From Octopus vulgaris (taxonomy: Eukaryota): a stretch of DNA of 64,000 nucleotides. Shown in pieces: positions 23,770 to 36,657 of this stretch. The notes below the pieces were generated by a model. It worked only from the letters and a program-made list of their open reading frames with translations, was not told where the DNA came from and ran no database searches. The position numbers were made by a program, and so were the translations under genes. Each line of letters begins with the position of its first letter. The first letter of the stretch is position 1. The stretch covers positions 113,646,001 to 113,710,000 of the forward strand of contig OX597821.1 in assembly GCA_951406725.2 (NCBI GenBank). The letters are read 5' to 3'.

Positions 23770-24031
23770 AATGGATGAATGAATTATCCTTAGTTTACCG
23801 TAAACATGGAAAATTCAGTAAACAGTTACCAGGTTAGCAAAATTCACGCAAGTAACACGGATGAAGCGACTTATTCTGTTTAATTGTTATAATATCTTGA
23901 GAGAGGCTATCTCTCTTTCTTTCCTGATGAGAAGATTGCATTTTACACCGCTTATTCCTTTGGAATAAAACCATGTTGTCTTCGAAACATGTCGATAGTA
24001 AAGAATAATAATAACATCTTCGTTCAACTCC

Positions 24032-24035
<4 letters not shown>
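23765..24035 (+). mobile_element. non-coding Penelope pLTR relic related to the 11381-13900 element, with hammerhead
   Basis: CUGAUGA 23924-23930...GUCUUC-GAAA-CAUG-UC 23993; shares cgttcaactccatt; 23768-23870 is an inverted homologue of ~13810-13900; TA tracts both sides. Confidence 0.75.
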
Positions 24036-24100
<65 letters not shown>

Positions 24101-25470
24101 TATTTACATACATATATACACACACACACATATAAATATAAACATATATATACACACACACGACGGGTTTTTTTCAGTTTCCGTCAACCAAATCCACTGA
24201 CACAGCTTTGTCTGGTCTCGAGGCAATAGGTGAAGACACTTGCCGAAGGTGCCGCACAGTGGGACTGATCCTAGAACCATGTGGCTGGGAAACAAAATTC
24301 GTACCGCACAGCCATCATTTTTCTAAATGTATGGCAAGGCGTTTGCTTCCCGACCACATGGTTCTGGATTCAGTTCCACTGCGTGCCACCTTGGCCAAGT
24401 GTCTTCTTTTCCTATAACCTCAAGCCAACCAAAATCATGTGAGAGGACCTCGTTGGCAGAAACTGAAAGAAGCTCATCACAAAAATACACATATATGTAT
24501 GTGTGTGTGTGTGTGGCTTTATGTCTGTGTTTGCCTCCCCCCCCCACCACCACCACCATCGCTTGTCAACTGGTGTTGGCATGTTTACGTCCCCATAACT
24601 TAGCAGTTTGGCAACAAATTCCTGATAAAATATGTACCAGGTTTTAGCAAAAATAAGTTCTGGGGACAATTCAATCGACTAAAATTCTTCAAGATGGTGC
24701 CTCAGCATGGCCGTAGTCGAATGAATGAAACAATTAAAAGATAGAAAATGTTTTAAATATGTTGAGCATCGTTTTAGCCGATTCTTTATGTACAGACATT
24801 CAAGTTTATTTCACCAATATCAATTGTGTTATAATAATGTATTGGAGTTTAACGATGTGTTATCGGCTGAGTTCGTTGACACCATGGCTATATTTTTGAT
24901 TTTTAAGCATGAACTTTTATATATATTAATCTTTGCATAAAATATAATGTTAGTTACTATCAACTAAATTTAACAGAACGTTAATAAATATATTAGTTTC
25001 AAAGTCTGGTTCGGAGAAAAAGATAAGTGAATTATATTGATCCCAGTGTTTAACTGATACTTATTTTATTGACCTTGAAAGGATGAAAGGTGAAGTTGAC
25101 CTCAGCAGAATTTGAACTCGGAACGTAAAGATAGAATTTGAATTCAGAATGCTAATGATTTTTTCCGGCTCAGCACCTTAACGTTAATAAATATATTAAA
25201 CTATATTACTCATTATACTTTCTTGTCCTCTTCTCCATGTAAGCATGAAGTGGACATTTGTTGAGGCAGAATTTCAGTGGTCAGATGCCCTTCCTTTTGA
25301 CACACTTCACCTGGTTCCAAGTAAGGTAATTAATATTTTCCCCATGGTCAGACATGTTTACGTAGAAGGCTGGAAACAAAGGATACTTTTTGTATGACAA
25401 TAACACTCTTGTATAAGGTCTAGACAAGATAACTGCAAACACATTTTACAAATTATATCTTGCAAAGAGG

Positions 25471-25547
25471 ATCACACTGACGATCTACAGATAGATTGTG
25501 TAAGTAAAATTACGTACTTTATTGATAGTGAAACAATTGTTTGTGAT
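25471..25547 (+). ncRNA. type I hammerhead ribozyme
   Basis: Stem I AUCACA/UGUGAU, CUGACGA 25477-25483, GAAA 25530-25533, palindromic ACAAUUGU, GUU site; stem II weak (CUA/UAG). Confidence 0.72.
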
Positions 25548-25693
25548 TAATCTATATTTTTGTTACTTTTCATTTGTCTTGCTCGCTTACGTTTCTGGTG
25601 TGCTAAATTTTCTGGAGAACAATTCTTAGTGGCTGAGACCATAGCGGATCTTCATCTAGCATAAGGGCTTCCACATTGTAGTTAAAAAATTCC

Positions 25694-25815
<122 letters not shown>

Positions 25816-26054
25816 CAGACAGATATTTCATGTCATGCTAAGAAACAAAGCACAGTGTCAGAATTTTCGACTCGCGTCTAGTATAACGAACGACTCGAAA
25901 TCGTTATTAGAATATACGCATAAGTGGAGTCTGAACCAGCTAGTTTGTACAGGCATTAAGTGGTATAAGTTGTAATAATAGTTGTAATAATAAAATCAAA
26001 CCCAAATAGTGATATTTTGAAATCATTTAATGTGTGTTTCAGATCTGCATAATA

Positions 26055-27258
26055 CAGGGTGCGTAATGTATTTGAGGACATGCCTTTTTTGGGTGATTGC
26101 TGCTTCTTTTGCTTACTCAGTATAATCTTTGTTTCAGAAAATAATAATGGCAGACCCTCTGCTTACTCAAAGAAGGAAGAGCATGCTGTTATTGTGGTTA
26201 TAAAGACTGAGCATAGCGATTTAGAAATATCTCAATTTTCAAAAGTTGCCAGATCTTTCATCTACAAAGTTTGTAAGGAGCTAGAGACAGAAGATGGAAA
26301 TGTATCACCAGTATCAAAGCATAAAAAGCATTCTAAATGCTCTGAAATCATCAGGACGCATGAATTTAGCCAACAAGTTCAACAGACCATTGATTACAAT
26401 CCCAGAAAGTCCATGGGGTCAATTACAAAAGATTTCCATGTGTCAGAAGGAACAGTGGTCAGTTTTTTTCAGAAAAAGCAAAAGAAAATCTCTGCATTAG
26501 ATCTAAAAGGCTCTTAAACAAACTTAAAAATCCAGCAGAAGAAGATTTGATTTGGTTTTTCTAAAACGAGAAAAACTTCGACCACGATCAAAAAGTTTAC
26601 AGAAGAAATGACAGATTGTTATGTGCAGACCCTTCTGAAGTTTCAAGTGTTATGCATACACAGTTTCCTGCAACTGTCATGGTTTTAGGGGTTGTCAGCA
26701 ATGAAGGACATGTGATGCCTCCTTACTTCTTTCCATTATAGTCAATTCTGCCGCCTACATTGAGGTCCTGGAAATAATTGTTAAACCCTGGATAGAATGT
26801 GTATGCAATGGAAGGCCATATGTGTTTTAGTAAGACTATATCAGTGGGACTATCACACAAGGCTCTAGTAACACAGAAATAAAAAAAAAATCATGATCAC
26901 ATAGCTCCTAACATTTGGCCTCCTAATCCCCCCAGATTTCAATCCACTGGACTATTACATGTGGAGCATTGTTGAGAGAGAGGTCAATGAACACGCCCAT
27001 AACACTAAAGATTCTTTGAAAGCTGCCATAGTCAGAGTAATGTCGAAAATGAACCAGGACCACTTGATTCGATAATGTAGAGTTAGATCTCATATACAAG
27101 CCGTCGTTGAAGCTGAATGTGGCTTTATTGAATAACACTATAGAAAATAATGTTTATTTTGATCCTCAGAATTTTGTGATAAATAAAGTTATTATCTGTT
27201 ATTATATATCTGTTTATTTATAAACATAGATCTGTCCTCAAATATTTTACGCACCCTG
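26055..27258 (+). mobile_element. full-length defective Tc1/mariner, maT (DD37D)-like
   Basis: TIR CAGGGTGCGTAA..TATTTGAGGACA at both ends, TA TSD; broken transposase with FPATVMVLGVVSNEGHVMPP and WPPNPPDFNPLDYYMW. Confidence 0.9.
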
Positions 27259-28043
27259 TATATAATAGGAATTGCATCCATTACGTAGGACTCTGCAATT
27301 AAAACATTTCAAAATATATTACCTGAAGAGAAACTGGATGCATTTTCTCTTATATATTACACAGACCTGAAACGTGCGTATCAAAAGATTTCAAAATATC
27401 ACCATTTCGCTTGTCTTCATCATTACAACTTAAACACACACACACACACGCACACACACGCGCACACACACACACACACACACGCACACACACACGCGCG
27501 CGCGCACACACACACACACACAATTCACTTATAAAGCTTTGGTCAATGTGAGGCTATAGTAGATGACACTTGCCCAAGGTGTCACTCAGTGGGACTGAAC
27601 CTAAAGCCATGCAAACTCCTTAATCACACAGCCATACCTTCACCTGTGTAAAAAATACAATTTTATTTACAAATATCAAAATTTAGCAGTTGGATTCTCA
27701 CGACACCAAGTATTCAGAGATCATCGTCATTTAACGTCCGTTTTTCCATGCTGGCATGGGTTGGATGGCTTGCCAGGAGTTGGCAAAGCCAGAAGCTGCA
27801 CTAGGTTCCATTGTCTGTTTGGGAATGGTTTCTACAGCTGGGTGCCCTTCCTGATGCCACTCACTTTACAGACTACATTTGACAGATATTTGTCCTCATC
27901 TTGTTGTTGTTAACACAACGTTTCGGCTGATATACCCTCCAGCCTTCATCATGTAGTCTTGGGGGAAATTTCGAATCTGGGTTCTCATTCCTAAGGTATT
28001 TTTCGATTTGTTATTATTATTATTATATACGCCATATGCCCAC

Positions 28044-28114
28044 GGGCATATGGCATAGTGTTTAAGAGCGCGGGCTACTAGCCCCAAGATTCCGAGTTCG
28101 ATTCCAGGCAGTGA

Positions 28115-28116
<2 letters not shown>
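28044..28116 (+). promoter_or_regulatory. tRNA-derived head with Pol III A and B boxes
   Basis: TGGCATAGTGTTTAAG at 28051 and GAGTTCGATTCC at 28094-28105 with tRNA spacing; cloverleaf imperfect so not a true tRNA. Confidence 0.75.
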
Positions 28117-28178
<62 letters not shown>

Positions 28179-28227
28179 CATCGAAAAATACCTTAGCAAT
28201 GAGAACCCAGGTTCGAAATTTCCCCAA

Positions 28228-28273
28228 GACACCTGATGAAGGCTGGAGGGTATATCAGCCGAAACGTTGTGTT
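28228..28273 (+). ncRNA. minimal type I hammerhead ribozyme
   Basis: Stem I GACAC/GUGUU, CUGAUGA 28233-28239, stem II GGCUG/CAGCC, GAAA 28261-28264, palindromic AACGUU in place of stem III. Confidence 0.75.
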
Positions 28274-29156
28274 AACAACAAACAAGATGAGGACAAATAT
28301 CCGTCAAAATTAAACAAGGTAAATAATGTACATAATTCCTCATCTCTTGAATATAGAACTGTACTTTACAGAGTGTTCTTGGTGCTTTTTAATTAACACT
28401 AGCTTTTCACGTGACACCAGTACAAATCATGCATGTCTTTAGATATAATTACAAAAAGGAAGTAAACACAAAGATTCACATATAAGAGCATTTGATAATA
28501 TATTCTTTTTCTTTTTTTTTTTTTACTAAATGTCTTTATTTAAAAAACATAGTGCATTATTTTGTTTGAAACTGTACAAAATGTCCGCCGTATATAAATG
28601 TAGCCAAAAGAAAGAAATGTTCACAGAACACTGAATAAATGACAAAAAAATCCCTCAGAGTTAATGGATTCTGGATTCTTTTGAATGTTGTCTTTTTGAG
28701 TGTTGTGTAGCGGTTATATAAAAAAATAAAGTATGATTGGTGTCACCTCCAGAAACGAATTCTTAGTGACTCTATTTTCATCATAGAGCCCTCTTCAAGG
28801 CTATATTAGTTGGATTCAATAGATCGATCTCTTTTAATTCATATTGTATACATATACACACATACATACATACATATAAATATATACATACATATATATA
28901 TATAAAAACAGTTTCCAAGTTATTTGTTTATATGGATGCATGAGTGTGTATATATATATTTGATGTTGTTCTGTGCTGTTAGTCTTTTTGTCATTGTTCC
29001 TTGCATTAAGTTCTTATTCCAGTAAAATCATGACAGATCGTACATTTCTACAGAAAACAAAAATATTATGAGAAAACATTCGCATTATAAGCATATATGG
29101 ATTAGATATAAGTACATATAAATTTTTCTCCAATATACATACATATTTTAAACACA

Positions 29157-29237
<81 letters not shown>

Positions 29238-29239
29238 TT

Positions 29240-29270
<31 letters not shown>

Positions 29271-29333
29271 GTCCCGGGTTGATTCGGGGTTAACCACAGT
29301 AAGTAAGGTACTCAATACATATATATAAAATTA

Positions 29334-29579
29334 ATTTATTATATAGAAGGAGTTTACAGGATAGAACTGTTTCATTCAAGAGAAATCTTCAGGAAGCTAG
29401 TTAACAAGAATTGTATATATATATACATATATTTAAAGGGGTGTTGGTGGGGGACTTTTTGGGGGTAGGCGTAGCGCAAAATGTATAAATGCCAATACAA
29501 TTTTGTTAACTAGCTTCCTGAAGATTTCTCTTGAATGAAACAGTTCTAGTCCTGTAGAAGCTCCTTCTATATAATAAAT
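29334..29579. mobile_element. inverted-repeat mini-element with a hammerhead in each arm, embedded in long (TA)n
   Basis: ~29334-29416 mirrors ~29495-29579. Confidence 0.8.
29512..29562 (+). ncRNA. type I hammerhead ribozyme with full stem III
   Basis: Stem I AGCUUC/GAAGCU, CUGAAGA 29518-29524, stem II UUC/GAA, GAAA 29537-29540, stem III ACAG/CUGU, GUA site 29554-29556. Confidence 0.8.
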
Positions 29580-29609
29580 ATATATATATATATATATTTA
29601 CAATATATA

Positions 29610-29771
<162 letters not shown>

Positions 29772-29850
29772 TTGTGAAATTTGATTTAGTATTTCTAAAT
29801 TGAATTTTTCCCTGTAAGTTTGGAATAATATTCCTTAATATTATTATATT

Positions 29851-29917
<67 letters not shown>

Positions 29918-30853
29918 CATATGTATGTATGTATATATTTGCAACAAACAAAATTACAACAGTAAAATACGGAATATTTAAATATTTAACCTAAGATAAA
30001 ATAATGAAAAGCTTTTGAAAAATTTCTGATTTTGAAGGAAAACATATGAACTGTTTGAGAAACTTTCAAAGAATCAAAATTAAGAAGAGGAAGATTAATG
30101 TAAACAAAGAAAAGGAAATTTAAATGATAACATTATTGTAACCCAAGTTCTGTTTGTCACGGACAATGGGTTTCGGAGTGTCATTGGGTGAGATTTCAGT
30201 CAGACAGAATATTTCCACTGGCAGCATTAGGAACATTATATTTTGTTCAATTTGTCATAAATGATATTGTTGTTGTCTATGTTGTTGTCAAAATTATTAT
30301 TGCAGGTATAAGGCGGTGGGTGGGTTCTTATTATGTTGAATATTTTCAATACATTCTTAAAAAACATATGATTTCTCATATTCTTCTGTTTATTATTAAA
30401 TACAATGTCATTTCCGATGGCCAGTGATTCTGTAGATATAATTATTAATACTTTATACTGTAGATATTATGGTCTATTCATGTTCAAGTCTCGCTAAATT
30501 GAAATATAATTCATGTAGTTCTTGCACCGATTTTATTCTAAAATATTTGCCATTTTTTTCTACTCTCAAGTTCATTACAATAGTAACCTTATTTGGGAAA
30601 TTACTTCAATATTCGTTTAAAAAAAATGAAATTAGACCAGTTACATCATAAATGGCATGAAACACCCAAAATGAATACACACATATATACTTATTATTCT
30701 TAAACAAGACTATTATTGATAGTGACTTCGAAGTTTTGGACCGCTAAGCCATTATCAGACTTAGCTGACTGGAACTTGTACTCTACAAAAGTATAGAGTA
30801 ATCCTTCAGTTTAATGTAAAATGGTTTGTATTATAACATAAAACAACCATCAG

Positions 30854-30893
<40 letters not shown>

Positions 30894-30908
30894 TGTGTGT
30901 GTGTGTGT

Positions 30909-31200
30909 GGAGGCGCAATGGCCCAGTGGTTAGGGTAGCGGATTCGCGGTCGTAGAATCGCGGTTTCGATTCCCAGACCGGGCGTTGTGAGTGTTTATTG
31001 AGCGAAAACACTTAAAGCTCCATGACGCTCCGGCAGGGAGTGGTGGCGATCCCTGCTGTACTCTTTCGCCACAACTTGTTGGCCTGCTTGCTTAGCCAGC
31101 AGGGTGGCGTCATTTGAAGGCTGAAACAATGCGAAGCGCATTGTGACCTGCGATGTGTAAGCAACATCTGATAGCCTGGTCGGACACGGTGATCATGGTG
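30909..31200 (+). mobile_element. tRNA-derived SINE, family 3
   Basis: ggaggcgcaatggcccagtggttagg A box, gtttcgattccc B box; copies 46260-46568(-), ~49160-49527(-), 62393-62640(+, truncated). Confidence 0.85.
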
Positions 31201-31740
31201 ATATATATACATACAAAATAGGGGGGTTTAGTTCACAGGTGATCTAAACTTTTAGGTACGCTAGGTAAGTGCTGTAACGGATTACTAGGGCTCCAAGGTT
31301 ATAGCTGAGATGGCAGTCATGAAGCCATTGCAGACTTCCGATATATCGTCGTTTGTATGTAGGTAGCAATAAAGAATAAAGAATTGAAGAATCAAGCATA
31401 TTTTGCATTAAGTTCTCTGCCAATTGTCTGGCGAACAACAATGGGCCATGGTAACCTAAGTGTTGTTATGAAAGGTACAGAAGGTACAATGGTGGAGAAT
31501 TGTTTTCAACCCCAATGTATCGTTCTGAAGATTAGTCTGTTGGTTCCCATATCATCACCCTTCTGTAAACAGGTACCCATGTTTCTATATGTATATTCTA
31601 TGTGTATTAACATTGCTGTAATATGTAATTATATAACTATCAAGATTATGAAACAGGTGTAGATGAATGAAATAAACATTTATCCTCTTATTTCTCTGTT
31701 CTATATATTTGTATAATGTGCACACACACACACACATGTG

Positions 31741-31976
31741 TCGTTGCTATTATGCAAAGTCAAAACGTTGCTTTTTCAAAAAACGGAAAAGTAGTTTCAC
31801 CATTCCATAGCAAAATCGTTATACTACACTTTGAAAATGTTTGATATCTCGGCATCTGAAGAAGCTGGAGATACGATAGTTTCACCAAAAGTCATCGGCT
31901 ATTGCAAACAAAAATATTTTAAAAAAACGCATTTGCCCAAATTTGGACATATGACAGTTTAACATAATAGCAACGA
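31741..31976. mobile_element. short-TIR MITE; second copy in opposite orientation at ~45076-45328
   Basis: TIR tcgttgctattatg/cataatagcaacga; internal gcatctgaag..gctggagatac shared between copies. Confidence 0.75.
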
Positions 31977-32424
31977 AATATGAGTGGTGTGCAAAGCAGT
32001 GTTATAAAATAAACAAACTTTAGATCATGTCAAATATGTTTGCGACATATTTGACCTACAAAGAGACATTTTCAATATGGCTTTCCATGATGAAAAATTT
32101 TTGGTTTTGACAAAAGGTGTCGAAACACTAGAATCAGTTCAAAGCCCTCCCTATAGACTGGTAGAAGCATTTCGAGCTCTTTATACTCTTATCAGTATCA
32201 GATACCAGATGAAGTAACACTAAACAGTCTGGAAGGCTTAGCTTCCTTATTAAAAATCAGTAAACAATATCAGTTGAATGTTCATACTGGATACCAGGCT
32301 GGAAAAAAATATGTAAACAGGTATGTGTACATCATCATCATAAACAACATTTAACGTCCGTTGTCCATGCTGGCATGAATTAAACGGTTTGACCAGAACT
32401 GGCAAGCTAGAAGGCTACACCAGA

Positions 32425-32483
<59 letters not shown>

Positions 32484-32720
32484 GGTGTAGCCTTCCAGCT
32501 TGCCATATTACATTTGGATGGACTCATATTAAACTCTGTTGGACTTTTGGATTTTACTCAAAGAATATTGGAATAATACACATATATACCATTATGCCTA
32601 TAAAACGGATTTATGAACTCAATAGCCGTACATATCTTACATCTATTTTCTTTCCTCCACCTCACTCTCTATTTTGTATCATATCGAAACTAACTATGAC
32701 TTAACTTTTCCTCTCACACC

Positions 32721-32775
32721 GTCTCCGATGAAGGGATATCATTATTAATTAATATTCTAGAAACAGCTGTAAGAC
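32721..32775 (+). ncRNA. variant type I hammerhead (CCGAUGA core) in a TA-flanked pLTR relic (~32505-32845)
   Basis: Stem I GUCU/AGAC, stem II GGGAUAU/AUAUUCU, GAAA 32760-32763, palindromic ACAGCUGU, GUA site. Confidence 0.68.
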
Positions 32776-32841
32776 CTTCTATCTATAAATGCTCTAATAT
32801 CAATACAGCCTTGTTTTTTTTTTATCTCATTACACAAAAAA

Positions 32842-32894
<53 letters not shown>

Positions 32895-34725
32895 ACATTA
32901 GGTTTTATTTTTTAATTCAATGAGAAAAGAGCTTTCTTTTTCCAAAGATTATCTTTCCTTCTTGTTTGTTTTAAATTTTCATTTGTTAAGCAGAATATAA
33001 ACAGGGAAGAATTTGAGAGTAAAATATAATTATGGATAAAAATTATGCTTATATGAAAATTGAAAATTTAAAACAAATTTCATAAAAACTAATTATAATC
33101 AAAGAAATCAAAATTGAAAATAAGAAAACTGGAATACATTATGGTAAGGTGTCCAATCTGTTTTGCTGCTTGTTGTCTCCCTTCCTTGTTGTCTGTGACT
33201 GTTGATGGTGCTGGTCTTTGAAGAACTGGAACTGGTTCCTGGGTGCTGCATGGTGGTGAGATCTTAAATATTTCCCTTGTTTTTTTTTATTTACTTTTTT
33301 TTTTTTGGTTATAGTTTAATATATAAGAAATGTAATATTTCTTATTTTTCTACAAATGTTTTTTTTTTTTAAAATTTTAATCAAGTGTTTAATAGGTTAA
33401 CGAACCAGACCAGAAAGATGTGGTACCATAAAAGATATGGTACCAGAAGGATATGGTACCATAAGAGACCTTGATAATAACAAAAACCCCGTGACCTGTA
33501 GCATATGCTTGATTTGTTAATAGCGACAGCCAACAGCAGTTTTAGTAAAGATAGTGATAGCGGTAATAGTAGTAGTGGTGGTGGTGGTGGTGGATATTGT
33601 GATAAAAATAAGCTAAAAGAGAGTAAAAGCCAAGAAATAATAGAAAGAGATGATACCAAAACCTTTTCCATAGTTTTGTCTCCAATCCCAAGAAATATGT
33701 AAAGCTGCAATATGCTTATGGAAGCTGCAACAAATGCAAAAGCGTGCCCACATATTTTGTACCCATGGCAACGGCTGTGGCCTTTGTTCATGTACCTTGC
33801 TTTTAGCATGCACACAAAAGGAACTATGATACCAAAATATAAATACTCGTATGATCTTTGTTTACTATTCTTCAAATGTCCTGAACATTTGTCATAAATT
33901 CGTTACATCAATTCTCACATAGGCATCCATTATAAATATTTACATAAATTTAGATACACATTATACGATTCCTTCATCAGTTCTTTTATAGGTACCCATG
34001 GATAAATATACATATAAATTTCGGTACACGTATATAAAATTTCAAATTTTTGATATATCTATATATTTCTTTTATTATTAACCAACCAATTTAGATATAA
34101 GCTTTTCAACTACTCTAAACGTCTGAAAATTACCAACCAAACTAGATGCTAGTAACTTACCAAGCAATGTAGATATATATATAAGTCACAACTCAGTCTA
34201 GTAAGTTAGTAACAACTCATGATATAGAATAAGTTAGCAACCAATCTAGATACCAACCAAGGACGTCTAGCTCCACAGGTCTACAAATTGCCATGTGAAT
34301 AACTGTGTATCTATATTTCAGGGTATCAGAATTAATTCACTTATGTCTGTAAGCATATAATACATAGTTAATAATGTAAGTACAAGTCTGGTAGATATCC
34401 TTAATTTTTATATATGTGTGTGAGTGTGTGTGTGTCTGTAGTTGAATAAAAATAGAATAAAAAGTAATATATAGTGAAGGTAGTTTAAATAAAGAAAGGA
34501 AGAAAGAAAAAAGCAGACAAAAAAGAGAAAAAGAGACCTCACCAAAACTAGATTAAATCAAGCAGGTTCTAGGAAGCAATGTGTATTTAAAAATTAAACA
34601 TTCACTTTCTCATTGCTGTCTTCAACGAAATTTGTTCCATGATAGCAGATAATTTTTAGACAAAATTCAAGCGAAATATATAAATTTTTAAATTGCATCA
34701 AATGGTAATAATGATGATGATGATG

Positions 34726-34760
<35 letters not shown>

Positions 34761-35394
34761 TTCAAATTTTGGCACAAGGCCGGTAAGCTGGGGGAGCAGG
34801 TAAGTCGATTACATCAGCCCAAGTGGCTCAGCTGGTACTTATTTTACCAATTCCAAAAGAACAGAAGGCGAAGTTGACCTTGGTGGAATTGAAATTCAGA
34901 CTGTAAAGATGGACAGAATACTGCTAAGCATTTTGCTTAGCATGCTCACGATTCTGTTAGCCATAATAATAATAATAATAATGAGAAGAAGAAGAAGAAC
35001 AACAACAACAATGGAGAGCTTACTTTTATGGCAGCTATAAATATATATATATATGTTTTATATATATATATATATATATATGCATGTATGTATGTACTCT
35101 GTTGTGTAAACTTTGCTGTGATTGAGCAGGACTTACAATATGCAGATACTTGATTGAATGACACAGCACATCCTAAATATCTGCTGTTCATGGTAGCTGT
35201 GTATATATATATATTTATTGGAACCTAGTAGCCTAATGACTTTGGTATTGATTTTACTGTTATAAGATGTTGCAAAAGATCAATTTTAATTGATTTTTTT
35301 TCCATTTATGATATGATGGATTTTTTTCTTGAATAATACAACAAATATTGTGCACTATTCATGAATGCACAAATAATTGTGCACATATAAGGAA

Positions 35395-35485
<91 letters not shown>

Positions 35486-35868
35486 GAAGACAACCAGAGA
35501 TTATTTCATATATATTTGGACGGTTTCTGAAATGCTATCTGCTAGATAAAAAATTATACTATTTCTAATTTTTTTCCATCTTTCATTCCTTTGATTTCTA
35601 AGAACCAGAATATATACATACATATATATATATATATATGTTTACAGACATACAACACACACACGTGCGTGTGTGTGTATGAATATATATATATATTTAT
35701 ATATGCATATATATATATGTGTGTGTGTGTATGCGTGTGTATGAATGTATTTATATATATACAAACACATATATTTATATATATATATACAGAGATACAT
35801 ATATTTATACATATATATATATACATATATATATATACACACATATATATACATATATGTATATGCAC

Positions 35869-35939
<71 letters not shown>

Positions 35940-36460
35940 CTTATTTGATTTATGATTTAGTTTCCAGTGTGTGAACAGATGACTTCTCCACACTGTCATG
36001 ATGATTAGAACAACATACAAATTAACTATTTTACTTATAACAGGAACCATAACAGCCACATAACACACATGATATAAATTAATAAACACAGCATTTTCCC
36101 TATTAATTAATGTCATTCGCTTTTAGCTCCCTTAATCCTTAAACTCCAAATAAATGAACCTTAATATGGAAGGAATTATTTATCCATTAATCCCTGATGA
36201 TATGATATGGAGGATTATGTTAATCTACCATAATTCAATGGCATAACTTCCCATATATATACTTATCCATTCTAGAGAATTTTGGTGAAAATAAGAAGTT
36301 TTAGATATGTAGAAAATTAGGAGAAATTGGGAAATGTGAAAGAAAGAATATGACGACGGCGGTTAAAGAGGAGAGAAGTAGGGGGTGCTGGAGGTGGTGG
36401 TCATATGTGGCTACAGGTGCAATAGTGTTCTGAGAGCAAAGTGAAAAGTTTATGTCATTT

Positions 36461-36657
36461 TCAAGGTCCCTTGATAGCATTCCTTCTATTTAATGGGAAA
36501 TATTCAGGGCCTGATGCAGCAAAGTTACAATATTCACAATATCCAGGAGGACCAGGCAGACCTGGGGCTCCTCTATGACCTTGAGATCCTGGAGGTCCAT
36601 GTAAACCTCTTTCTCCAGGGCGACCAACACCGGAAGGACCAACTGGTCCAGGAGGAC
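36461..36657 (-). CDS. collagen last coding exon
   Basis: cctag|GT CCT...; [18 protein letters not shown]...[30 protein letters not shown] then TGA. Confidence 0.93.

Larger units (their letters stand above)
27873..28362 (+). mobile_element. composite element: inverted HHR arm + tRNA-derived head + (AAT)n + HHR arm
   Basis: 10-bp duplication ACTTTACAGA at 27863-27872 and 28363-28372 splitting an older SINE; 27878-28025 mirrors ~28163-28308. Confidence 0.8.

Noticed and set aside
28044-28116. tRNA gene
   Set aside because: Acceptor, anticodon and T stems mispair; treated as a tRNA-derived head
33140-33260. Small minus-strand ORF with ACCACCATG context (MQHPGTSSS...)
   Set aside because: Only ~37 aa, low complexity, no recognisable homology
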